Program-made: the position numbers and the translations under genes
Assembly (NCBI GenBank): GCA_027364845.1
Contig: DAHXOO010000002.1
Location: forward strand, 76,422 to 140,421
Origin: Pseudomonadota bacterium
GTDB taxonomy: Bacteria > Pseudomonadota > Gammaproteobacteria > Acidiferrobacterales > UBA6901
Reading direction: 5' to 3'
Length of the DNA: 64,000 nucleotides
In this document: in pieces, positions 36,620-46,645 of the stretch
Layout of the letters: each line of letters starts with the position of its first letter
How positions within the stretch are numbered: the first letter of the stretch is position 1
Notes under the pieces: generated by a model
The model's database searches: none
What the model saw: the letters and a program-made list of their open reading frames with translations, nothing else
Told to the model about the DNA's origin: nothing

Positions 36620-36646
36620 AAAAAAAACGGCCACAAGCGTGGCCGT
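36620..36646 (-). terminator. Rho-independent terminator downstream of the membrane-protein gene
   Basis: The minus strand reads ACGGCCAC-GCTT-GTGGCCGT followed by T8. Confidence 0.75.
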
Positions 36647-36672
36647 CAATACAGTTTAAGACTTTGTTGTTG

Positions 36673-37452
36673 TTAACTGAACACGTCCTCATAGCTGCGG
36701 TACAGTCCGCCGACGAAAAACGGCAGTGTGATCAGGCCGAGAACGAACAGGACAAGATAATCCTTCGGGAAATCAAGCGCAAAGTACAGCAGATCTGTGA
36801 TGGTACTGATGATCGCGAACGGCAACCCGAACACGACAAGTGGCAGGGCGTTGTGCATGCAGGCGCGAAAACTCTTTTCGATCGCAGGCAGTGGATGCTC
36901 CTTCTTGAACAGCACTAAAGGGACTGCATAGAAGATAGCCATTACCAAAGCAACCTGCAACGCCAAGACGATCAACAGGCTCAGCAACGCCGGCAACCAG
37001 ACCGCCGGCCCGACGCTGCCGGCGATCATCGCCGGGAGTGCCGGCCCGCCAACCTTGAGCAGCTGCGCGAGGATCTCAATGATCACCGCTGCACTCAACG
37101 TGAGCGTACTGATCACCATAATCGGAAGCAGCTCATCTTCCCGGGTGAAGCCGCTGAACAGCTGGCGGACGGCGCAATGCAAATGACCCCGCGCTCCGCG
37201 CGCGTCCCTGATGTTCGCCCCGTGAACCAGCGCCTCGAGATCCCGGGCACCGTGCAGCACACCGGCAAGCATTGCCGGACTGATCAAGATAAGGATAAGC
37301 ACCCCAATGAAAGGAATCATCTTGAGTGCGACGGCAATGACCATGTAAACGAGGGTCATCCCCAGCCAGAGCGCCCAGTCCTTGCGCAGAAGACTCCAGC
37401 TCCCAACGATCCACGACCAGCCACGCCGGGCCGCATTACTCTTCGGTTTCAA
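36673..37452 (-). CDS. Hypothetical multi-pass integral membrane protein
   Basis: 259 aa with about six hydrophobic segments. No family motif I can name with confidence. Confidence 0.6.
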   Translation of the reverse strand: MKPKSNAARRGWSWIVGSWSLLRKDWALWLGMTLVYMVIAVALKMIPFIGVLILILISPAMLAGVLHGARDLEALVHGANIRDARGARGHLHCAVRQLFSGFTREDELLPIMVISTLTLSAAVIIEILAQLLKVGGPALPAMIAGSVGPAVWLPALLSLLIVLALQVALVMAIFYAVPLVLFKKEHPLPAIEKSFRACMHNALPLVVFGLPFAIISTITDLLYFALDFPKDYLVLFVLGLITLPFFVGGLYRSYEDVFS

Positions 37453-37510
37453 CGCTGCGCCTCCTCAAAACATCGGGTGCCTTGGACAGACGCAGGCCCG
37501 CTCCTGCAGT

Positions 37511-38521
37511 TTATCTGTGTTCAGTTGACTGCGACCCGCCCGGCCAGACCTCGCGCACCATAGATTCGTTGTCGATACGATCCAGGAGGATGCGCCTTGA
37601 CACCTCTGAATCCCTGCCGAATGCACCCCACCCCGGACGCGGAACGTATGTATCGTAAAGCCCGGACAGCCAGCTGTGCAAGGCGGCAGTGCGCAGCAGC
37701 ACCGACCAGGCTCCACGTTCGAGCGCGCCCAGGGGACGCTGCGCGTGGTAGGCTTCGAGAATCGCCCGCACCAAATGTTCGTCCATCGCGCCATCGGGAC
37801 AGCTGCACCAATCGTTCACGGCAAGCGCGAGATCATACAGCAGAACGTCGGCGCGGAAATGGGGAACACCGACCACGCTGCTGATACGACCGTCGTCGAA
37901 CAGAACGTGGTCTCGGACCAAGTCCCCATGAATGATACCGTGCGGTAAGTCGGAAAAGCGGTAAAGCGCCTGAAAACCCAGCTCACTGTCCAGCAGTTTT
38001 GCATCATCGCGGCCCAGTCGGTCACGCACGCGATGTGCGGCATCCCGCCAGACGTGCGGCCGGTGATCCTCGGGCAATTGCGGCGAAAAGCTCCGGCCGA
38101 CGACATGCAGTCGTGCCAGCATAGCTCCAGCGGCAGCGCAATGGAGCGGCTCGGGCGAAGTCTGCAGGCTGCCGCGAACACGCTCGGACAGGGTGGCAGG
38201 CGTCTTGTGCAGGATTCCGATGCGCTCGCCCAAGCTGTTTCGAAGCGGCCGCGGACAGGGGAGCTGTTGGCGGGCAAGGTAGTCGGTTAGGTCCGGAATC
38301 AGCGCAATTTCGCCTGCCACAGTCGCTCCGAACATGGTGAGCACGTAATTGCCGTGCTCCGCGGCAACGAGAAAATTTCGGCTATCGGAAAGCGACGGAA
38401 TTCCGTGGCAGGAGTGCACGGTGCCTGCCCCATAATCGTCGAGGAAAAACTGCAGTGCGCTGTGATCGATGGGAACAGGACCCGTCACGGCCCCGGCGCT
38501 CAAAAACGCTTGATCACCCAC
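37511..38521 (-). CDS. thrB: Homoserine kinase, type II (protein-kinase/APH fold, Pseudomonas-type ThrB)
   Basis: APH-fold catalytic block GIIHGDLVRDHVLFDDG. The size and its position next to DUF2782 and polA match Pseudomonas thrB. GTG start. Confidence 0.75.
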   Translation of the reverse strand: MGDQAFLSAGAVTGPVPIDHSALQFFLDDYGAGTVHSCHGIPSLSDSRNFLVAAEHGNYVLTMFGATVAGEIALIPDLTDYLARQQLPCPRPLRNSLGERIGILHKTPATLSERVRGSLQTSPEPLHCAAAGAMLARLHVVGRSFSPQLPEDHRPHVWRDAAHRVRDRLGRDDAKLLDSELGFQALYRFSDLPHGIIHGDLVRDHVLFDDGRISSVVGVPHFRADVLLYDLALAVNDWCSCPDGAMDEHLVRAILEAYHAQRPLGALERGAWSVLLRTAALHSWLSGLYDTYVPRPGWGAFGRDSEVSRRILLDRIDNESMVREVWPGGSQSTEHR

Positions 38522-38850
38522 ATCGGGGGCGATAGGCGAGGCGCAATATTGCTGCGGCTTAACTGCCCAGTGCCGCCCCTGTCGATCAGATAATAGGGCG
38601 GGCCCTTGGCCGGGATCACCTCAACCATGTACAGCACACCGCCGATACGATACTCCTTGTAGCGGGTCGTCCCGCGGGTCGTGATGGTAACCTGCGGAGC
38701 AGGCAACCGGTCAGTGGACTCCGCAGGCGGATGCGGTGGGGGAAATTTCGCGGCCGGCGGCGATTGCGTATCGTTCGTACTGCTGTCAGCGGCATACGTT
38801 GCGCCGCACGGCAGGAGCAGAAGAACAACCAGCAGCCAGTGTGTGCGCAT
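38500..38850 (-). CDS. DUF2782-like periplasmic protein
   Basis: Signal peptide MRTHWLLVVLLLLPCGATYA. Core YKEYRIGGVLYMVEVIPAKGPPYYLID. It occupies the same thrB-polA slot as the Pseudomonas DUF2782 gene. Confidence 0.65.
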   Translation of the reverse strand: MRTHWLLVVLLLLPCGATYAADSSTNDTQSPPAAKFPPPHPPAESTDRLPAPQVTITTRGTTRYKEYRIGGVLYMVEVIPAKGPPYYLIDRGGTGQLSRSNIAPRLSPPMWVIKRF

Positions 38851-38879
38851 CGAAAACCCCGCACCTATGGCGCGTCGAT

Positions 38880-39614
38880 TCACAGGTCAAGCTCCTTCTC
38901 GCGTTCTTCGGCGGATAGTCCGAATCCGCCGCGTCCCTCATAATACCGGAATATGGCATCCAAGACATCCTGCGGCCCGTCGGCCAGAACAAACAACCCC
39001 AGGTCATCCGCGCTGATTGTGCCCTCAGCCACCAGGGTGTCCTTGAACCAATTCACGAGCCCGTTCCAGAAGGGCCGGTGCACCAGGATGATTGGAATAC
39101 GCTTGCCTTTGCCAGTCTGGACCAGAGTGAGAATTTCGGCGAGTTCGTCAAGCGTGCCGAAGCCGCCGGGCAAGACAACGTACGCCGAGGCATATTTCAC
39201 AAACATGACCTTACGCGCGAAGAAGTGGCGGAAGCTCAGGCTGATGTTCTGATACGGGTTGGTGTGCTGCTCATGAGGAAGCTTGATGTTCAACCCGACA
39301 CTCGCGGACTTTCCGGCGAAGGCTCCCTTGTTGGCTGCCTCCATGATTCCGGGACCGCCTCCGCTCACCACGGAGAATCCAGCATCCGACAGCAGGCGCG
39401 AGATCTCCTCGGCTGCGGTGTAGTACGGATGCCCGGGCGGGATGCGCGCGGATCCGAATATGCTCACGGACGGGCGAATGAGGGCAAGTCGCTCGAACCC
39501 CTCGACGAATTCGGCCATGATCTGGAAAACCTTCCAGGACTCGCGCGAGAGCGTGGAGGACGAGGTGGTGAACGAGTCGGCAGGTTTCTGGGATGCGGGG
39601 AATTCGTTTTTCAT
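38880..39614 (-). CDS. LOG family protein (TIGR00730; nucleotide 5'-monophosphate nucleosidase / 'lysine decarboxylase-like')
   Basis: VSGGGPGIMEAANKGA and PGGFGTLDE motifs. ATG at 39614; the track extension to 39899 overlaps polA in antisense. Confidence 0.85.
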   Translation of the reverse strand: MKNEFPASQKPADSFTTSSSTLSRESWKVFQIMAEFVEGFERLALIRPSVSIFGSARIPPGHPYYTAAEEISRLLSDAGFSVVSGGGPGIMEAANKGAFAGKSASVGLNIKLPHEQHTNPYQNISLSFRHFFARKVMFVKYASAYVVLPGGFGTLDELAEILTLVQTGKGKRIPIILVHRPFWNGLVNWFKDTLVAEGTISADDLGLFVLADGPQDVLDAIFRYYEGRGGFGLSAEEREKELDL

Positions 39615-39658
39615 GGTTATGGTTGCCTTTGTAGCACAAAGCGGGAGATCCTCACAGC

Positions 39659-42355
39659 ATGACCGAGCGCAAGCCTTTGGTATTGGTTGATGGTTCGTCC
39701 TACCTGTATCGGGCATATCATGCCATGCCCAACCTGACCAACTCCCACGGGCAACATACCGGGGCCGTATATGGGGTCGCCAACATGCTGCGTAAGCTGC
39801 TTTCGGACTACGATCCGCAGTATATTGCCGTGGTATTCGACGCGCCCGGGGGGACCTTTCGCGACAAGATCTACAGCGAGTATAAAGCCAACCGGCCACC
39901 CATGCCGACGGAGCTGAGCGCGCAGATTGCGCCGCTGCATGCCGTCGTGCGGGCCATGGGCCTGGCGCTGCTGATGATCGAAGGAGTGGAAGCGGACGAC
40001 GTCATCGCCACGCTTGCCGACCAGGCGGTGGCCTCGGGCATGGACACCGTTATTTCCACCGGCGACAAGGACCTGGCTCAGCTCGTCAACGATCACGTCA
40101 CACTCATCGACACGATGACCAATACAAGCTACGACCGCGCCGCGGTCGTGGAAAAGTTCGGCGTGCCACCTGAACGAATAGTCGATTATCTCGCGCTGGT
40201 GGGCGACCCGGTCGACAACATACCAGGCGTGCCCAAAGTCGGCCCCAAAACCGCCAGCCGTTGGCTGCAACAATACGGATCGCTGGAAGCAGTCAAGGCG
40301 CATGCCGCGGAGATCAGCGGCAAAGTCGGAGATAGCCTGCGCGCGTCCCTGGGGACCGTGGATCTGTCGCATCAGCTGGCCACGGTAAACCGCGATGTGG
40401 AGCTTGGCATGACCGTGCAGGATCTTCAGCGCCGCGCGCCCGATACCAGCCAGCTGCGTGTGCTGTACAGGGACCTGGAGTTCAAAAGCTGGCTGTCCGC
40501 ACTCGGGGGGGTCAACCGGACCGGCGATGTAGAGACGTCAGTAAGCGCTGCCCGCTACACCACGGTGCTGGAACTGGCGCAACTGGATACCTGGATCGCG
40601 CGCCTGCATGCTACTGATCTGTTTGCGGTCGACACCGAGACCACTGACCTCAATGTCATGAATGCCGAACTCGTGGGTCTGTCGTTCACCGATCGCTGCG
40701 GCGAGGGCGCCTACGTGCCACTCAGGCACGAATACCCGGGAGCGGAAGTGCAGCTCGACCGCGATCTGGTGCTGCATAAACTGAAGAGTCTCCTCGAAGA
40801 CCCGCGGAAAAAAAAGGTGGGGCAGAACCTCAAGTACGACTTGGGTGTGCTGGCAAATCACGGAATCGAACTTCGCGGCATCGAATTCGATACGATGCTG
40901 GAGTCCTATGTGCTGGACAGCACTGGCTCGCGCCATGACATGGACGGCTTGGCTCTGAAATACCTGGGCTACAAGACCATCAAGTACGAAGAGGTCACCG
41001 GCAAGGGGAAGAGCCAGATCAATTTCCGCGAAGTCCCAATAGATAAGGCTGCTCAGTATGCCGCAGAGGACGCTGACATCACTCTGCGTCTGCACCAGAA
41101 CCTGTGGCCGCGGCTCGAGCAGGTGCCGTCTCTCGCCAGACTGTTTCGGGATATCGAGATGCCGCTCGTTCCGGTACTGTCTCGAATAGAACGCCATGGC
41201 GTCAGGATCGACACCGACATGCTGCGCCGCCAGAGTGGCGAGCTGGCCCAGCGGCTGGTGGAACTAGAGCAGGAAGCTCACCGGCTCGCGGGGCAGCCGT
41301 TCAATCTCGCCTCGCCGCTTCAGATCCAGGGGGTGCTGTTCACCGAGCTGAAGCTGCCAGTTCTCAAGAAAACCCCCAAGGGACAGCCTTCGACCGCCGA
41401 AGATGTGTTGCAGGAGCTTTCGCTGAGCTATGCGCTGCCGCGCGTGATCCTGGAGCACCGCGGCATCGCCAAGCTGAAATCGACGTACGCCGACAAACTG
41501 CCGGAGATGGTCAACCCGCGCACCGGCCGCGTCCATACCTCCTACCACCAGGCAGTGGCTGCCACCGGCCGGCTTTCGTCCTCCGATCCGAACCTGCAGA
41601 ATATTCCGGTGCGCACGGCCGAAGGCCGTCGCATTCGTCAGGCATTTGTTCCGGAACCCGGCAACAGGCTGCTGTCGGCAGATTATTCACAGATCGAGCT
41701 GCGCATCATGGCGCACCTTTCGAGCGATCATGGGCTGCTGGTGGCCTTCGAGCAGGGTTCGGATGTACACAGGGCGACGGCTGCGGAAGTGTTTGGAGTG
41801 TCGCCGGAGCAGGTTACGGAGGAAATGCGGCGCAATGCCAAGGCGATCAACTTCGGTCTCATCTACGGCATGTCCGCCTTCGGCCTGGCGCAGCAGCTGA
41901 AAATCGACCGCAATGCCGCCCAGGACTATATCGACCTGTATTTCGCGCGTTACCCCGGCGTTAAGGACTTTATGGAACGCACGCGCACCCAGGCGCATGC
42001 GCTCGGTTACGTTGAAACCGTGTTCGGACGGCGGCTGTACCTGCCGGAGATCAACGCCGCAAACCAGGCGCGGCGGCAGTATGCCGAGCGCACCGCGATC
42101 AATGCCCCCATGCAGGGCACAGCCGCCGATCTCATCAAGCTCGCTATGCTAGCGGTGGATTCGTGGCTTTTCAGGTCAGGCGCCCGGACAAGAATGATCA
42201 TGCAGGTGCATGATGAGCTCGTCTTCGAGGTTCCGGAAGCTGAACTGGAGGCCGCTACCCAGCAGATCCGCCAGTGCATGACCGGAGTAGCGCGCCTGGC
42301 CGTGCCTTTGGTGGTCGATATCGGCACGGGCATGAACTGGGATGAGGCCCACTGA
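39659..42355 (+). CDS. polA: DNA polymerase I
   Basis: 898 aa. The 5'-nuclease N-terminus is LVDGSSYLYRAYHA. Polymerase motifs ADYSQIELRIMAH and QVHDELVFE. Confidence 0.95.
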   Translation: MTERKPLVLVDGSSYLYRAYHAMPNLTNSHGQHTGAVYGVANMLRKLLSDYDPQYIAVVFDAPGGTFRDKIYSEYKANRPPMPTELSAQIAPLHAVVRAMGLALLMIEGVEADDVIATLADQAVASGMDTVISTGDKDLAQLVNDHVTLIDTMTNTSYDRAAVVEKFGVPPERIVDYLALVGDPVDNIPGVPKVGPKTASRWLQQYGSLEAVKAHAAEISGKVGDSLRASLGTVDLSHQLATVNRDVELGMTVQDLQRRAPDTSQLRVLYRDLEFKSWLSALGGVNRTGDVETSVSAARYTTVLELAQLDTWIARLHATDLFAVDTETTDLNVMNAELVGLSFTDRCGEGAYVPLRHEYPGAEVQLDRDLVLHKLKSLLEDPRKKKVGQNLKYDLGVLANHGIELRGIEFDTMLESYVLDSTGSRHDMDGLALKYLGYKTIKYEEVTGKGKSQINFREVPIDKAAQYAAEDADITLRLHQNLWPRLEQVPSLARLFRDIEMPLVPVLSRIERHGVRIDTDMLRRQSGELAQRLVELEQEAHRLAGQPFNLASPLQIQGVLFTELKLPVLKKTPKGQPSTAEDVLQELSLSYALPRVILEHRGIAKLKSTYADKLPEMVNPRTGRVHTSYHQAVAATGRLSSSDPNLQNIPVRTAEGRRIRQAFVPEPGNRLLSADYSQIELRIMAHLSSDHGLLVAFEQGSDVHRATAAEVFGVSPEQVTEEMRRNAKAINFGLIYGMSAFGLAQQLKIDRNAAQDYIDLYFARYPGVKDFMERTRTQAHALGYVETVFGRRLYLPEINAANQARRQYAERTAINAPMQGTAADLIKLAMLAVDSWLFRSGARTRMIMQVHDELVFEVPEAELEAATQQIRQCMTGVARLAVPLVVDIGTGMNWDEAH

Positions 42356-42471
42356 AGACGTTGAAATGCAGGCGCAGCTGTTGCGTGCGATACCAGACCG
42401 GAAGGCGGTCTCGCGTCGTCGGAACTTTTTCTGGTCCGCGGAGTCTATGGAGGTATGGACGCTAACGCGTC

Positions 42472-43230
42472 CTACCCGCTCCTCCTCCCTGAGCGGGGAA
42501 AATCTCGGAGATTTTTCCGGGATTGCTTATAGGCCCCGGACTCTCTCCCCTTGTTTCCGGGGCTTTTTTTATCCTGGTTACCAGCAGCGCCAAGCCAGTC
42601 GAGAACGAGGGTCCGGGCTTCGCTCACCCCTTCGCGATTGTTCGCCGAAAACAGCTGCACCGACACCGCCATTCCAGTCTCATCCAGTGTCTTACGTACG
42701 GCGGCAAGCGCGCGTGCCGCCGCGCCACGGCTCAGCTTATCGCTCTTGCTTAGAAGCAGATGAACGGGCAACCGCGCATTCTGGCACCATGTCAGCATTT
42801 GACTGTCCAGCGGCGTCAGCAACTGTCTAATGTCTACAACCATGATCGCACCACGCAGGCAACGCCGTTGATTGAGAAAAACTGCCATCGACTCCTGCCA
42901 ACGCTCCCTGACCGATGCTGGGACCTTGGCGTAGCCGTACCCGGGCAAATCCACCAGACGACACGACGGGTTCACAGCGAAGAAGTTGATCAGCCGGGTT
43001 CTACCCGGGGTCTTGCTGGTGCGGGCGAGCGTTCGCCGCCCGGCGATCGCATTGAGCGCGCTGGATTTTCCAGCATTGGAACGACCCGCAAAGGCCACTT
43101 CGGCACCGTGGTCAGGGGGCAACTGTTCCGGGGTATCGACGCTTAGGAGAAAGGTCACCTCGGGGAAAAAAATGTCGATAACTTGCGTTCGCAAATTGAC
43201 CTCGGGACGGGCTCTTGGTATATAAGGCAC
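42472..43230 (-). CDS. engB: Ribosome-biogenesis GTPase EngB/YihA
   Basis: G1 motif GRSNAGKSS, DLPGYGYA, and LLSKSDK (NKxD-like). The start is uncertain; a GTG about 25 codons downstream is possible. It has a basic C-terminal tail. Confidence 0.85.
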   Translation of the reverse strand: MPYIPRARPEVNLRTQVIDIFFPEVTFLLSVDTPEQLPPDHGAEVAFAGRSNAGKSSALNAIAGRRTLARTSKTPGRTRLINFFAVNPSCRLVDLPGYGYAKVPASVRERWQESMAVFLNQRRCLRGAIMVVDIRQLLTPLDSQMLTWCQNARLPVHLLLSKSDKLSRGAAARALAAVRKTLDETGMAVSVQLFSANNREGVSEARTLVLDWLGAAGNQDKKSPGNKGRESGAYKQSRKNLRDFPRSGRRSG

Positions 43231-43406
43231 CGCTGATCAGACCTGACTGGCCCATTCCTGTCAGGGGCCGGCCGACGCCCGAATCGCGCAAGCTTTTCGT
43301 CCTGGGGCAAGCCACCTGTGTTCAACAGTGTAGCATTGCGGGGAGGGTTCCTGCCCGTCTGATGCGGCTCGGGGACTTTGTGGGCGGAATATCTGAAGGG
43401 GGTACT

Positions 43407-44015
43407 ATGCACAAGCGAGTAGCGCTGTTTCTGGGTTTGTTCGTTGTCGGCTCTTTAACCTTGGCCCATGCCGCGGGCAATGCGGCGGCGGGCAAGGTAA
43501 AGTCCGTGGCGTGTCAGGCATGCCATGGAACTGACGGAAACAGCGTCAATCCGGCCTATCCCAAGCTTGCCGGCCAAAGTGCCGGCTACCTCGTCAAAGA
43601 ACTGACCGATTTCAAGGATGGCAAGCGCACAAACCCGATCATGTCGGGCATGGCGGCGTCCCTCTCAACTCAGGACATGGAAGACATCGCCAGCTATTTC
43701 TCGAGCCAAACACCGGCTGCGGCGGCCACCAAGGCGGATCCGGATACGATCAAACTGGGGGCGCGTCTTTATCGCGGCGGCAACCGGAAGTTCGGAATTT
43801 CTGCGTGCATGAGCTGCCACGGGCCAGCAGGCGACGGCATACCGCCGCGCTTCCCGCGCCTCGCAGGACAGCATGCTACCTACGTCGAGACACAGCTTCT
43901 GGCCTTCAAGAACGGCCAGCGCAAGAACGATGACCACATCATGCAGAGCATCGCATTCCGCATGTCGCTGGCGCAGATCGACGCGGTCGCCCAATATATC
44001 CAGGGCCTGCACTGA
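43407..44015 (+). CDS. Diheme cytochrome c4
   Basis: Signal peptide, then two CxxCH sites (CQACHG, CMSCHG) with the c4-type repeat PKLAGQ / PRLAGQ. The start at 43407 is taken from the signal peptide. Confidence 0.9.
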   Translation: MHKRVALFLGLFVVGSLTLAHAAGNAAAGKVKSVACQACHGTDGNSVNPAYPKLAGQSAGYLVKELTDFKDGKRTNPIMSGMAASLSTQDMEDIASYFSSQTPAAAATKADPDTIKLGARLYRGGNRKFGISACMSCHGPAGDGIPPRFPRLAGQHATYVETQLLAFKNGQRKNDDHIMQSIAFRMSLAQIDAVAQYIQGLH

Positions 44016-44077
44016 AGACCATCGCCTAACCGCGCCCGGGTCCAGCGACGGATACCGGGCAGGCTCCAGTCTCGCGT

Positions 44078-44103
44078 AATGCCGTGAGTTCCGTCACGGC
44101 ATT
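44078..44103 (+). terminator. Perfect 10-bp-stem hairpin after cytochrome c4 (no U tract)
   Basis: AATGCCGTGA-GTTCCG-TCACGGCATT read directly. Its function as a terminator or a binding site is uncertain. Confidence 0.3.
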
Positions 44104-44322
44104 GCCCATACACGTCACTCCTGCCCCGGCGTGCATCCCGTAAAGGGTGCGGACTTCTCCTTTGCGGGACGCTTGAACCTCGGTAAATCAATATGTTGCG
44201 AGCTATTTCTATCCTGGCACAGCTCTTGCTCGTATCTTAGCCAAGGCAATCGAAACAGTACGCCACGACGGCAAAGTGCGGCAGGACGTGCCGCTGGGCC
44301 GGAACCAACAGGAGTAGCCAAC

Positions 44323-44559
44323 ATGCTCAGCTTTATTGTCAGCCTGGTAAGCAGCTACGAGAAAAACCACGGGGTTCGACCCAACCTGGTTTACATGAAC
44401 GAGACGCACTACGGCTATCTGCGCGAAGAGCTTCCCGGCGTACGGGATCATGAGGACGTAACCGCGATCCTGGGCGTCGATATCGCGTTGAGCGACGAAA
44501 CCCTGCGCCCACATGTGGCCGCGGTGAGGTTCGGTGACGAATACATACTTTCTAGCTGA
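44323..44559 (+). CDS. Small hypothetical protein (78 aa)
   Basis: ATG at 44323 is preceded by AGGAG. The ORF is followed by a strong terminator. I recognise no family. Confidence 0.5.
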   Translation: MLSFIVSLVSSYEKNHGVRPNLVYMNETHYGYLREELPGVRDHEDVTAILGVDIALSDETLRPHVAAVRFGDEYILSS

Positions 44560-44618
44560 GTCAGGGAAACGAGGGGAACAATAAACCAGGACCAGCGAGC
44601 CGGGGTGTGGGCGTGAAA

Positions 44619-44647
44619 GGCCGGGGCTTCGTCCCGGCCTTTTTTTT
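44619..44647 (+). terminator. Rho-independent terminator shared by the convergent small ORF and hemL
   Basis: GGCCGGG-GCTTCGT-CCCGGCC followed by T8; AAAGG lies on the 5' side. Confidence 0.8.
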
Positions 44648-45938
44648 ATTTCAGGCTGCGGAAAACAGCGGCGGCGGCGGCGACCGATGCCTCGATATCC
44701 GCGTCGCTGTGGGCCGCTGATACGAAACCGGCTTCGAACGCGGAAGGTGCCAGGTAAACACCGGCTGCGAGCATCCCGTGGAAAAAGCGCCGGAAACGCC
44801 CGACATCGCAAGCCATGACTTGGGAAAAGTGCGTAATCCGGTCTGCTGCAGTGAAAAACAGTCCGAACATCCCCCCTACCGCTTGCGCCAGAAATGGGAT
44901 ACCGGCAGCGCGTGCGTGCGACTGCAGGCCGTCGCAGAATGCATGCGTCCTGGCGGCCAGCGCCTCATGGAACCCCGGCCGTGCCACCGCCTGCAGAGTG
45001 GCAAGTCCCGCAGCCATTGCCAGCGGATTGCCGGAGAGCGTACCGGCCTGGTAGACCGGCCCATCCGGAGCAATCCAGTCCATAATCTGCGCACGGCCGC
45101 CGAAGGCACCGACCGGCAACCCCCCTCCGATCACTTTGCCCAAAGTGGTCAGGTCCGGCCTGACGCCATACAGAGCCTGGGCTCCGCCCAGCGCCACGCG
45201 GAAACCGGTCATGACCTCATCGAAGATCAGGACCGCACCGTGCAGATCGCAGACGCTGCGCAATTCCTCGAGAAAACCGGGTATTGGAGGCACACAGTTC
45301 ATATTGCCGGCTACCGGCTCGACGATGATACAGGCGATATCCGCGCCCTGCTCGGAGAACGTCGTGCGCACTTGCTCGACATTGTTGTATTCAAGCGTCA
45401 GGGTGTTGCGGGCAAGCGCCACCGGCACGCCCGGGGAGGTCGGAACGCCCAGCGTCAGCGCCCCCGAGCCGGCCTTGACCAAAAGAGAGTCTGAATGGCC
45501 GTGATAGCAGCCCTCGAACTTGACGATCTTATCCCGGCCGGTAAAGCCACGCGCCAGGCGAATGGCGCTCATGGTCGCTTCGGTTCCCGAACTCACCATG
45601 CGAACTTTCTCCAGCGAGGGAACAAGCGAACACACCAGCTCCGCCATTTCCGTTTCGATACGGGTCGGTGCGCCGAAACCCAGTCCATTGTCGGCCGCGT
45701 TCTTGACGGCTTCCACAACCTGCGGGTCGGCATGGCCCAATATTATCGGCCCCCACGAAGCCACGTAGTCAATGTAGCGCCGCCCGTCTTCATCCCACAA
45801 GTAGGCGCCGCGGCCGCGGGCAAAGAATACCGGGTCTCCGCCGACGGCCTTGAAAGCGCGCACCGGCGAGTTGACCCCACCAGGTATGCGGTGACGCGCT
45901 TCCTGGAATAGCAGGCTGGATGTGCTGAATTTAGTCAT
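44646..45938 (-). CDS. hemL: Glutamate-1-semialdehyde 2,1-aminomutase
   Basis: 430 aa, class III aminotransferase. Motifs [24 protein letters not shown] and [13 protein letters not shown]. Confidence 0.95.
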   Translation of the reverse strand: MTKFSTSSLLFQEARHRIPGGVNSPVRAFKAVGGDPVFFARGRGAYLWDEDGRRYIDYVASWGPIILGHADPQVVEAVKNAADNGLGFGAPTRIETEMAELVCSLVPSLEKVRMVSSGTEATMSAIRLARGFTGRDKIVKFEGCYHGHSDSLLVKAGSGALTLGVPTSPGVPVALARNTLTLEYNNVEQVRTTFSEQGADIACIIVEPVAGNMNCVPPIPGFLEELRSVCDLHGAVLIFDEVMTGFRVALGGAQALYGVRPDLTTLGKVIGGGLPVGAFGGRAQIMDWIAPDGPVYQAGTLSGNPLAMAAGLATLQAVARPGFHEALAARTHAFCDGLQSHARAAGIPFLAQAVGGMFGLFFTAADRITHFSQVMACDVGRFRRFFHGMLAAGVYLAPSAFEAGFVSAAHSDADIEASVAAAAAVFRSLK

Positions 45939-45964
45939 GGTGGTTCGTGGTCGGGTTCGCGCCG

Positions 45965-46645
45965 TCAGCGGGGGAACAGCCGAGCGTAGGCGTTGGCAGC
46001 CGCGCGGATATCGGCTTCGCCGAAGACCCCCGCGATGACCGCCAGCGCGTCGGCGCCGGCCTCGATCAAGGCCGCGCCATTCTCCGGCTTAATCCCGCCG
46101 ATCGCAACCACCGCCAAGTCGAGCTCCGCCTTTGCCCGGCGCAACAGCTCGTGGCTGGCATGCACCGCCTGCGGTTTGGTCCATGACGCATACACGCTGC
46201 CGAAGGCGACGTAGTCGGCACCGGCGTCCGCCGCGCGCACGGCACGTTCAAATTCGTTGTAGCAGGACACACCTATGATGGCGTCCGCACCCAGGACAGC
46301 ACGCGCGTCCGCTGCGTCTCCGTCGTCACGACCCAGGTGCACGCCGTGCGCACCCGCGTCGAGCGCGAGCCGGGGATCGTCGTTGACGATAAACGGAACG
46401 GCATAGCGCTCGCAGAGACGCGCAAGGCCAGTGGCGTGCCGGTAGCGCACGCCGCAATCCGCGTCTTTGTCGCGGTACTGCACGACGCTCGCCCCGCCCT
46501 GCAGCGCCAACTCGACTGCTGGCGCAAGCCGCTGCGCGCTAAGATAGGCGCCGTCAGCAATGGCATACAGGCCACGCACCCGCGGCCGGCTGCGGACCGG
46601 TGGTGCGGAAAGCGGATCGGGAATTGGCGGCAGCTCAATCGCCAT
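45965..46645 (-). CDS. thiE: Thiamine-phosphate synthase ThiE
   Basis: GLYAIAD..., VQYRDK, GVHLG and AIGGI blocks. ATG at 46645 overlaps the thiD stop by 11 nt; the track start at 46840 is an extension inside thiD. Confidence 0.85.
   Translation of the reverse strand: MAIELPPIPDPLSAPPVRSRPRVRGLYAIADGAYLSAQRLAPAVELALQGGASVVQYRDKDADCGVRYRHATGLARLCERYAVPFIVNDDPRLALDAGAHGVHLGRDDGDAADARAVLGADAIIGVSCYNEFERAVRAADAGADYVAFGSVYASWTKPQAVHASHELLRRAKAELDLAVVAIGGIKPENGAALIEAGADALAVIAGVFGEADIRAAANAYARLFPR

Noticed and set aside
39615-39899. Extension of the LOG-family ORF to 39899
   Set aside because: It overlaps the polA start region in antisense and has Cys/Arg-rich non-protein-like composition. ATG 39614 gives a normal LOG length.
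41104-41964. 286-aa plus-strand alternative-frame ORF inside polA
   Set aside because: It is in the wrong frame relative to the conserved polymerase motifs and has low-complexity composition.
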